Positions 1 through 6,561 of a stretch of DNA of 20,000 nucleotides are shown one piece after another; position 1 is the first letter of the stretch, and each line of letters begins with the position of its first letter. Below the pieces are notes generated by a model. The model saw only the letters and a list, made by a program, of their open reading frames with translations, made no database searches and had not been told where the DNA came from. This stretch comes from an uncultured virus (IMG/VR IMGVR_UViG_3300043410_001952) (Duplodnaviria; Heunggongvirae; Uroviricota; Caudoviricetes). Made by a program: the position numbers and the translations under genes. Where the stretch lies: IMG/VR virus record IMGVR_UViG_3300043410_001952; one strand, 5' to 3'.

Positions 1-912
1 TGGCTTACCACCACTAATCGTTGGTCTATGAGAATACGAATACGCACCCATACCACGCCTAACAACCGCTTTTGCAACCGAAAGCGTTATTTTTTTACTT
101 GGGTGTTCATCGTTGTGTTCATCAATCAATCGTTGAATGGATGAAATTGTCTTGTCATCAAATTTAATATCACTTGCCTTTGATGAGGTTGATGCGCTAC
201 CTTTCTCGTTAAACTTACTTCCCTTAATTCTATCTTTCAAAGGGGCAGGTGTTTGTGATATTGTGCGCCCACCATCCTTCATTTTTTGCTTACGTTCTTC
301 GATTTTGGCAATCTTTTCCTCAATAAGTTGTTTCATGTACGCCCAACCCTTGTCTACCTTATCGCACCATTTTAACATGGCAACAACACCTTCAATTCTG
401 AAATCTTTGGCGTGTCTGGCAACGTAGGCTCTCCATTTTATGTACATCCATTCTTCAGATTCTAACCAATAACCTCTTTTAGATACACGTAATAAGTTTT
501 CAAATGCTTCGTTACCAAAAATATTTCCTCCTAACTTCCAAATTTCTGGGTGTTTGGATTTAATGTTTTTGGCATAATTTACAATCATTTTGCTTGGTAT
601 ATGATTGGGGTTGAAATCTATTTTGCCACCATGTTCATAGTTATCTTCGGGGTCTTCATCAAATGCCCCTGCTGGTGGTTCAATTGCTACACCATTTCCT
701 GCTGATTGATTTATGCGTGATAATTCTTTCCAATGTTTTTTTGATGCCTCACGATTGATAATTACTTCCCCACCCTCTAATTCAACTGGCTTTCCTCCTG
801 CATCTGTTACAACTGCTTTGATTCCCCCAAGTGGTTTGCCATTCTTATCGTAGTGTCGTTTCCCTACTAACCAACCACCTTTTCTGCCATCATTAGTTTG
901 CTTTTTCTCCAT
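1..912 (-). CDS. Partial (runs off window) modular phage protein, probably virion/head-associated; >=304 aa
   Basis: Not in the ORF track. Hand translation from ATG at 912 is open to position 1: MEKKQTNDGRKGGWLVGKRH...GGIKAV...VELEGGEVIINR...YEHGG...HPEIWKLGGNIFGNEAF...ARHAKDFRIEGVVAMLKW...MKDGG...AKAVVRRGMGAYSYSHRP. TACATTTG promoter lies upstream. Confidence 0.85.
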   Translation of the reverse strand, partial: MEKKQTNDGRKGGWLVGKRHYDKNGKPLGGIKAVVTDAGGKPVELEGGEVIINREASKKHWKELSRINQSAGNGVAIEPPAGAFDEDPEDNYEHGGKIDFNPNHIPSKMIVNYAKNIKSKHPEIWKLGGNIFGNEAFENLLRVSKRGYWLESEEWMYIKWRAYVARHAKDFRIEGVVAMLKWCDKVDKGWAYMKQLIEEKIAKIEERKQKMKDGGRTISQTPAPLKDRIKGSKFNEKGSASTSSKASDIKFDDKTISSIQRLIDEHNDEHPSKKITLSVAKAVVRRGMGAYSYSHRPTISGGKP

Positions 913-934
913 AAAATGTGCAATTGTTGATTTA

Positions 935-942
935 CAAATGTA
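935..942 (-). promoter_or_regulatory. Bacteroidota-type -7 promoter element (TACATTTG)
   Basis: Matches TAnnTTTG about 22 nt upstream of the ATG at 912. Confidence 0.6.
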
Positions 943-1053
943 TTGAAAATAAATACATAAAACATCAAAAGAATAAAGTTTGTATAAACATACAAAGCTG
1001 AAGTGTACACAAAATAAATTGTTGAAATAAAATGATTTAATGATATGATTTTT

Positions 1054-1061
1054 TATTTTTG
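1054..1061 (+). promoter_or_regulatory. Bacteroidota-type -7 promoter element (TATTTTTG-TAC), divergent from the 935-942 element
   Basis: TAnnTTTG followed by TAC, as in the other promoters of this window; about 23 nt before the ATG at 1085. Confidence 0.55.
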
Positions 1062-1084
1062 TACGTTACAAATACTATTTTGAT

Positions 1085-1255
1085 ATGAATAAGAAAAAAA
1101 TAGCAATAATCATTATATCAATACTTGCTCTTGGGGGTATTGGATATTTTGGTTATAAATACTTTATGAAAAATTCAGGAAATGCAGAAAAAGACAATCG
1201 AAGAATTAGGCTTTTTAGGAATCTTGATTTTACTGAAAATGATGATAATGATTAA
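1085..1255 (+). CDS. 56-aa single-pass membrane protein
   Basis: MNKKKIAIIIISILALGGIGYFGYKYFMKNSG...ENDDND*: basic N-terminus and hydrophobic helix; stop lies 5 nt before the SLT start. Confidence 0.75.
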   Translation: MNKKKIAIIIISILALGGIGYFGYKYFMKNSGNAEKDNRRIRLFRNLDFTENDDND

Positions 1256-1260
1256 AGATT

Positions 1261-1974
1261 ATGGCAACACTTAATTTAGCAATCCCACAAACAGGGTTAG
1301 TTTCTCCAGCAAACTGGGGTAGTCGTGCTTCAATAGTATCAATGATGAATAGAATTATTGATAATTATGGGGGCTATTTAAAATTCGCTTCTGAAAATTC
1401 TAAAATTCCAATTGAAGTTCTTGCTGCTTTTATTGCGGTAGAAAGTGGAGGAAATCCAAGTGCAGGAAGACAAGGAGGTGTTACGCAAGGATTGATGCAG
1501 TGGAATAGACAATATATTTATGCCACTCTTGAAGCAGAGTATAAAATGGGAAGATTATCACCTGCTGAAAAACAAAAACTTGCATCTTATGGGCTTACTT
1601 TTAGTCCAAATGGCACACTTAATCGTAAAGTAACAAACGCTGACCAACTCAAACCTGAGTTAAATATTGTAATTGGTTCAATTTTATTAGGACAAATGCT
1701 TGATAGTTATTTTGATGGTGGTAAAAAAACTAATATTTGGGCTACTGACAAAGATGGAAAGTTACGCCTTGATAGAGTTATAGCAGTTTATAACGCAGGT
1801 CCTTATGGAGATATTGGTAAGGCTGGTAGGCTTGGTAACCATCCAACTCCAAAAGATTTAGCAAGAGTAGTACCAGAACCTACAAAATCATACATTAAAA
1901 AAATTATGGGTACAAATGGGGCATTAGATGTGGCAACAAAAGAATTAGCACCAAAGATTTCACAAATAGCTTAA
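1261..1974 (+). CDS. Lytic transglycosylase (SLT domain; endolysin or virion muralytic protein)
   Basis: SLT motifs IAVESGG (catalytic Glu), GLMQ and AVYNAG. Confidence 0.9.
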   Translation: MATLNLAIPQTGLVSPANWGSRASIVSMMNRIIDNYGGYLKFASENSKIPIEVLAAFIAVESGGNPSAGRQGGVTQGLMQWNRQYIYATLEAEYKMGRLSPAEKQKLASYGLTFSPNGTLNRKVTNADQLKPELNIVIGSILLGQMLDSYFDGGKKTNIWATDKDGKLRLDRVIAVYNAGPYGDIGKAGRLGNHPTPKDLARVVPEPTKSYIKKIMGTNGALDVATKELAPKISQIA

Positions 1975-2028
1975 ATATTTGTATATTTACATCGTTTGTT
2001 TAGTGTTTTCATGGTTAAAACGAAAAAA

Positions 2029-2062
2029 GGGGTAAGTGTTTTACATTTATCTCTTTTTTTTT
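2029..2062 (+). terminator. Intrinsic terminator 1
   Basis: GGGGTAAGTG-TTTTA-CATTTATCTC stem followed by T9; A-run on the 5' side. Confidence 0.75.
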
Positions 2063-2063
2063 A

Positions 2064-2074
2064 TATATTTGTAC
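2064..2074 (+). promoter_or_regulatory. Promoter TATATTTG(TAC) driving a short non-coding unit
   Basis: Identical 11-mer also at 2173-2183 (+) and 19717-19727 (-). Confidence 0.7.
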
Positions 2075-2170
2075 TCAAGGTGGTTATTTTGATTGGTGGT
2101 TCTCTCAAACATTTTCATAAAAACATATTTTTTTTTCAAAGAAAGCGGATGTTTTGCATCTGCTTTTTTT
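2075..2170 (+). ncRNA. Candidate ~95-nt small RNA
   Basis: Bounded by the promoter at 2064-2071 and the terminator at 2145-2170; no credible ORF. Confidence 0.5.
2145..2170 (+). terminator. Intrinsic terminator 2
   Basis: GCGGATG-TTTTG-CATCTGC followed by T7. Confidence 0.8.
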
Positions 2171-2172
2171 GT

Positions 2173-2183
2173 TATATTTGTAC
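2173..2183 (+). promoter_or_regulatory. Promoter TATATTTG(TAC) of the tmRNA gene
   Basis: TAnnTTTG immediately before the paired 5' end (2184) of the acceptor piece. Confidence 0.75.
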
Positions 2184-2465
2184 GTTGATTTTCCTTTTGG
2201 AAGGTTTATATTAGTCGTATGTTTGGACGGGAGTTCGAATCTCCTCACCTCCACTAATAAAAGTTTCCAATGTGTCAATTAACGAGTTAGGCATTTATGC
2301 AACCCTCGTTTGTTTTGGGGGTGTTCTGGTTTTTGACAAGCATAAAAGAGGTATGAGTTATATCAACACAAAAATTAACTGGCAAAATTGTCAACCTGTT
2401 TCCACAAGCTACAAGTTTAGCTGCGTAGAACGAAATTAAAGGGGCGAACAATAGTACCCCCTTTT
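2184..2465 (+). ncRNA. ssrA: Circularly permuted (two-piece) tmRNA gene: acceptor piece ~2184-2253, intervening segment 2254-2316, coding piece from 2317, tag frame 2381-2428 GKIVNLFPQATSLAA*
   Basis: GGAC + T-arm GGGAG-TTCGAAT-CTCCT (2229-2245) + CACCTCC-A (2246-2253) lies upstream of GGGGGTG-TTCTGGTTTTTGAC (2317 onward). The 7-bp acceptor stem has G3:U70 and discriminator A. P2 pairs AAGCATA with TATGTTT. Resume context is TTAACT-GGC and the tag ends LAA-stop. Confidence 0.93.
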
Positions 2466-2471
2466 TTTTTT
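2438..2471. terminator. Terminator after the tmRNA coding piece, probably bidirectional
   Basis: AAAGGGG...CCCCTTT hairpin plus long T-run, abutting the stop of the convergent RusA-like gene. Confidence 0.7.
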
Positions 2472-2958
2472 ATTGAAATATGATTATTGAACCTTTATAA
2501 GCCCAACGCTTTTCAGCTTTTTCATACCACACATTTGAATCATTTTTACAAAAAGTATCTTTAATTCCTTTGGTGATATTGTCTGTGTCTGGTTTTACTT
2601 CGCAAGGCAATCCATTCATGTGTTTTTTCTTTTTCTCACTCCATGAATTAGGCATAGGTATAAGATATAAAGCATCAAGTGTTTTTCCAAGAGTGAAATC
2701 CATTTCTTTAGCTTGGAGTAGCAATATTGTTTTGAAATGAAAATAGTTTGTTACACACGTTCTCTGTCGTTTTCTTGGGTCAGGGTGATTAGGATTAGTT
2801 TTCCATTTATCTGATTGTGTCATACGAGGCGCACCCATTGGTATTATATCAAACAAATAAAACCTACGTGTATTGTCAAGTTTGTAAAATTTATTATCAA
2901 TGTTCAAAGGCGTTCCATTATTAAAATGGCACTTACCAAAGCTACTTTTTATTCTCAA
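2470..2958 (-). CDS. rusA: RusA-family Holliday junction resolvase (true start may be downstream of 2958)
   Basis: PMGAPRMT...LIPMPNSWSEKKK...KPDTDNITKGIKD...D..VW motif. Confidence 0.8.
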   Translation of the reverse strand: MRIKSSFGKCHFNNGTPLNIDNKFYKLDNTRRFYLFDIIPMGAPRMTQSDKWKTNPNHPDPRKRQRTCVTNYFHFKTILLLQAKEMDFTLGKTLDALYLIPMPNSWSEKKKKHMNGLPCEVKPDTDNITKGIKDTFCKNDSNVWYEKAEKRWAYKGSIIIFQ

Positions 2959-3712
2959 GTTGTGTCTTTTTTGTAAGAATTATTTGTTCAAATTTAATCC
3001 TTTTAGAACAAGCTACTATTATTCCATCTTCGCAAAAAGTATCGTTTAGGTCAACCTCAAATATTATGTTCATGTGGTGCTTTATAAAATCCAAGCAGTT
3101 GTAATGTAAATCGTTTGTATGGGTTGAAACGAATAGATAATCAATAATATCTTTAGAAAATGATTTTTTTGCACCATCTAACATTTCTAATTCAAACCCT
3201 TGAATATCAGAGTGTAAAATATCAATTTTTTTTATCTCTCTTTTTTCACAAAAATCATCTACTTTAAAAGCACTTGAACTTACAAAGTCATGTATAAATT
3301 CGCCATTTTTGTTGTTCAAATCAAAGTTATTTTTACCCTTTGAAAGTAAATCTTCATCTGCTTCAATACAAATTGTTTTGCCATTGTTGTGTTTTTGAAG
3401 AAATGAAAGCGAATAAAATGCCCAATAGCTTCCAAGTTCAATCATCAATGGTTTTTTTGAGTATATATTATCCAAAACTTTTGAAAAAACATACTCTTCT
3501 TGTGGCTCATGAATACCTTTATTTAAAAGTAAAATATCAGAAAAATTATCATAATAAGATTGATTCTGAATCTTAACACCATTGTACATTGTTATCACAT
3601 CATCAATACAACTCCCTGCGTTTTCACACTTTGAAATTAGGTCGTTTGTTGGGTCTGATAAAATTGTATTAAACCTTCTAAAATAAGGGTGGTTTTCAAT
3701 GTTTTCAATCAT
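2942..3712 (-). CDS. FkbM-family SAM-dependent methyltransferase
   Basis: MIELGSYWAFYS (SAM motif), IDILHSDIQGFE, LFVSTH. Confidence 0.85.
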   Translation of the reverse strand: MIENIENHPYFRRFNTILSDPTNDLISKCENAGSCIDDVITMYNGVKIQNQSYYDNFSDILLLNKGIHEPQEEYVFSKVLDNIYSKKPLMIELGSYWAFYSLSFLQKHNNGKTICIEADEDLLSKGKNNFDLNNKNGEFIHDFVSSSAFKVDDFCEKREIKKIDILHSDIQGFELEMLDGAKKSFSKDIIDYLFVSTHTNDLHYNCLDFIKHHMNIIFEVDLNDTFCEDGIIVACSKRIKFEQIILTKKTQLENKK

Positions 3713-4293
3713 TTTGCCATTATTAAGTTTTCTGCATTTATGGCAATTGTTTTGAATCCAAATTTTTCAATGTAATCTATGTATTTTTGAGTTTCAACTC
3801 CATTTGTTTCAATACAAATCATTTGGCACTTTACATCATCTAAATCAATTTGAATTAAAATCTCATAGTCTACCCCTCCACAATCTATTGAAATGAAATC
3901 AAACACCTTATACTTTGATAATTCAAGAAAAGATTTAAAATCTAAAACCCTACAACTTATTTTTTGAAATTCAAATTCACCATGCCATCTTTGAATTTCG
4001 CTTTCTTTCAATGTTGAATAAAACGTATCGTTGGCGTTTAGGGTACACATTCCACTTTTTTCACCTATTGCACATTCAAAAAGTTGTACATTTTCAAAAT
4101 CTTTACAATTTGTTTTTAATTTCTCAAAAATATCAGGGTTTGGCTCAACAAGAACACCACTCCATCCATTTTCAAGCAAGGCACGTGTATTGGACAGCTC
4201 AACACCATTGTAAGCCCCCAAATCTAAAAACACACCTTTAAAATCTTTGAAATAATTTTTAACTATTTCCTCTTCGTTATTTTGTGAATACAT
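3709..4293 (-). CDS. FkbM-family methyltransferase (Methyltransf_21-like)
   Basis: MYSQ..EE, FLDLGAYNG...SNT..L...GWSGVLVEP, FDFISIDCGG, ICIE. Confidence 0.9.
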   Translation of the reverse strand: MYSQNNEEEIVKNYFKDFKGVFLDLGAYNGVELSNTRALLENGWSGVLVEPNPDIFEKLKTNCKDFENVQLFECAIGEKSGMCTLNANDTFYSTLKESEIQRWHGEFEFQKISCRVLDFKSFLELSKYKVFDFISIDCGGVDYEILIQIDLDDVKCQMICIETNGVETQKYIDYIEKFGFKTIAINAENLIMAK

Positions 4294-4297
4294 ACTT

Positions 4298-4945
4298 TTA
4301 ATTTAAGTCAAACTTTTGTTGTTGTCTTTTTTGGAAAATTGATTCATCATGCCCTGCAAAACTTTCAGTATAATGATATTGAGCATCCATTGATATTTTA
4401 CCAGTAGCTGGGTGCAAATGCTCATAAATCCAACAATTTACAAACTTATAACAACCAAGCAATCTTGCTACCTCTGTTGTTTCGTTGTCACACCAAACAG
4501 ATATATATTCTGGGTGATAAACATACCCAAATCTATCGTAATAATCTCTTCCTAAAACACTAAGCGTTATCAATTTATCAAAGTGTATCGTATCAGGGAA
4601 ATGAATACATTGGTCAAGATTATCAAAACTATTTCGAATAATCGTATCAAAACCTCTTTGAGTAAAAATCATATCGTCTGACATATTTACCAAAATATCC
4701 CATTCATCAAACAAATCTACATCTCTATTTATTGCATTTACTTTGCCAGTAGAAGTTCCATAAATAAAACGTATTTTGTCATTTGTCATGTATTTTTTTA
4801 CCATCTCACGCATTGAATCGTCATCTAAATCAATAGACACCAAAACAATGTAGTTATCACTTTCTACGTTGTCAATGATTGACCTCAAGCCACGTTCAAA
4901 CCAATCAGGGCGTGTTCGTGTTGTGTAGTTAAACAAAATTTTCAT
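4298..4945 (-). CDS. GT-A fold (GT2-like) glycosyltransferase
   Basis: TTRTRP, IDLDD, GKVNAIN, ILVNMSDDM (DxD-like), S.WCDNE, EHLHP. Confidence 0.8.
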   Translation of the reverse strand: MKILFNYTTRTRPDWFERGLRSIIDNVESDNYIVLVSIDLDDDSMREMVKKYMTNDKIRFIYGTSTGKVNAINRDVDLFDEWDILVNMSDDMIFTQRGFDTIIRNSFDNLDQCIHFPDTIHFDKLITLSVLGRDYYDRFGYVYHPEYISVWCDNETTEVARLLGCYKFVNCWIYEHLHPATGKISMDAQYHYTESFAGHDESIFQKRQQQKFDLN

Positions 4946-5729
4946 TGATAGAATTTAAACTTTTTAATACTTCACTAATATGATTTTGTGGAATATCTCT
5001 TATGATTATCCCATGTTTGCTTTTAAAGTAATCAGATGCTTTATAGAAACAATCTAAAAAATCACTTCTGTTTCCAATACTTGATTCTTGAATTGAATTT
5101 TCTATTTCTTGTAAATATTTATCAGATTCTTTTATGTCTGCAAATGTCCAAAATGGAGGGTGCATACCAGCCTTAATGATTTGATAGGTGTGTTCAACGT
5201 GTTCTGATGCGTTAAAGAAATTTTCATCCATCAAACCTACTTTTTCAATGCACAATTTGCTGTAATAACTAAAAGCACCAACACACGCTTGGTATAGTTG
5301 AAATTCTACTCCCTCGTGTTTTAGTGTAACAAGTGGGCTTGGATTATAATTCGAATCTCTATTTGCAGGACCATGCAATGCAAAATTAAAATGCTGTATG
5401 CCTATAACTTTTGATGCTTCAATGTATTTTTCGAAAACTTGAGGGCTTTGTATTAAAATGTCATCTTCCATGATGAAGATATGGTCGCAACCTTTATCCA
5501 TTAAAAATTGAATAGCTTTGTTTTTTGTTTTGCCTACACCTAAGTTTGTTTCGTTTTGAATAACTGACTCATGCTTACCAAAATAACTTTTTAAATCATA
5601 AGGTGTGCCATCATTTACGATAACAAAAAAATCAATTTTATTAAATGGAATTGTTTGAATTACTTGTTTGAAATAATCCTCTCTTTTGTGCGTTACAATG
5701 CCAAGACCTATTTTATCCATTATTAGCAT
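4929..5729 (-). CDS. GT2-family glycosyltransferase (start probably MDKIG at 5720)
   Basis: IGLGIVT, IVNDGT, NLGVGKTKN, FIMEDD, VGLMDENF..EH. Confidence 0.9.
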   Translation of the reverse strand: MLIMDKIGLGIVTHKREDYFKQVIQTIPFNKIDFFVIVNDGTPYDLKSYFGKHESVIQNETNLGVGKTKNKAIQFLMDKGCDHIFIMEDDILIQSPQVFEKYIEASKVIGIQHFNFALHGPANRDSNYNPSPLVTLKHEGVEFQLYQACVGAFSYYSKLCIEKVGLMDENFFNASEHVEHTYQIIKAGMHPPFWTFADIKESDKYLQEIENSIQESSIGNRSDFLDCFYKASDYFKSKHGIIIRDIPQNHISEVLKSLNSINENFV

Positions 5730-5931
5730 CTTTTAATTCTAACCCAATAAATATTTCAGCTGCTTTTTTGTTTTCCCAAGTCCAAATGTGTCTGTAACTT
5801 GAAAGTTTTGTTCTTGGCGCACGACAATAACGCCAAGCTGAAAACCAATATCTTTTATACATTACATGGAAAAAACCATGCCTTTTATCCTCTACTATTT
5901 TATACCTCACAAATCCAATTTTTTTAGACAC
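5713..5931 (-). CDS. Hypothetical protein (GTG start, possibly leaderless)
   Basis: 72-aa ORF overlapping the GT start; TAGATTTG element at 5933-5940 directly precedes the GTG. Confidence 0.65.
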   Translation of the reverse strand: MSKKIGFVRYKIVEDKRHGFFHVMYKRYWFSAWRYCRAPRTKLSSYRHIWTWENKKAAEIFIGLELKDANNG

Positions 5932-5987
5932 ACAAATCTACAAAATTTATACACGTTTTAAAAATATGTATAGTAAATCGGTTAAAT

Positions 5988-6185
5988 CTATACATAAAAA
6001 ACACCTTGCTTGTTGTGTACCTTGTTTAATGTATTGCTGAACGAATCTTTATGTCTTTTAGGCTGTTATTTGTTTGACAAATACAAATAACCCACTTATA
6101 TATTAAAGAAAAGAATTTAAAGAAGCCACTATGTTACATTGAGAAGTAGAAAGACACTTGTTGCAAGGTGTTTTTATATGTATAG
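5988..6185 (+). other. ~198-nt long imperfect hairpin (6S-RNA-like rod or cruciform element)
   Basis: 22-bp closing inverted repeat 5988-6009/6163-6185 plus nested stems 6026-6033/6135-6142, 6046-6051/6118-6123, 6054-6059/6109-6114 and 6065-6073/6083-6091. Confidence 0.65.
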
Positions 6186-6211
6186 TAAATTGATAAATTT
6201 ATTTAATTATT

Positions 6212-6439
6212 TTATTTCAATGATGTCCACTTATTAACATATTGTGAATAGTAAAAATGGTCACTTTCATCTCTAAAACCAACAAAAAACATATCCTCTT
6301 TTTCAATGTAAACACCTACGTTAATCTCTTTAAAATCTAAAGTCGCAAATAGTATTTTTTGATTGTTTAAAGGCTTTTGTAATTTGGGGTCTATCCAGTT
6401 TTTACAAATTTCTCTTATTTCGTTTACTTGTTCTTCCAT
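6212..6439 (-). CDS. Hypothetical protein
   Basis: 75-aa ORF in operon orientation. Confidence 0.7.
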   Translation of the reverse strand: MEEQVNEIREICKNWIDPKLQKPLNNQKILFATLDFKEINVGVYIEKEDMFFVGFRDESDHFYYSQYVNKWTSLK

Positions 6440-6558
6440 TGTGGAATTTTTTCTTCGAAATACTCGTGTGAAACCTTAATCTTCGCTTTTGGAATACTTA
6501 ATGATGTAAGCCAAAATTTTAAAGTTTCAATTTTTGATTTTTTGCTTGATTTTGACAT
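6424..6558 (-). CDS. 44-aa hypothetical protein
   Basis: MSKSSKKSKIETLKFWL...QWKNK*; fills the gap between neighbours with tight coupling. Confidence 0.6.
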   Translation of the reverse strand: MSKSSKKSKIETLKFWLTSLSIPKAKIKVSHEYFEEKIPQWKNK

Positions 6559-6561
6559 TGT

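Noticed and set aside
137..427. Plus-strand ORF, and the other plus-strand ORFs at 3340-19357
   Set aside because: Antisense shadows of well-supported minus-strand genes, with no recognisable motifs.
1964..2118. Tiny minus-strand ORFs (MKTLNKRCKYTNI, MKMFERTTNQ...) behind the TTTTCAT motifs
   Set aside because: Promoters and T-tailed terminators are oriented on the plus strand and no minus-strand promoter was seen. They cannot be fully excluded without Ribo-seq.
1975..2183. CRISPR-like mini-array from the repeated TATATTTGTAC
   Set aside because: The repeat is only 11 nt, equals the promoter consensus, has unequal spacing, and no cas genes are present.
1996..2214. 72-aa plus-strand ORF from the track
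   Set aside because: Phe-rich translation of terminator T-tracts and promoters; it crosses two terminators.
2225..2256. Stand-alone tRNA gene or attP-type tRNA/tmRNA 3' fragment
   Set aside because: There is no D or anticodon arm upstream. The matching 5' acceptor strand, P2 partner, tag frame and terminator lie downstream, which fits a complete permuted tmRNA. No integrase is present in the window.
5941..6210. DnaA-box cluster (classical oriC)
   Set aside because: Only one imperfect box-like sequence (TTATACACG, ~5947-5955) was seen; there is no array.
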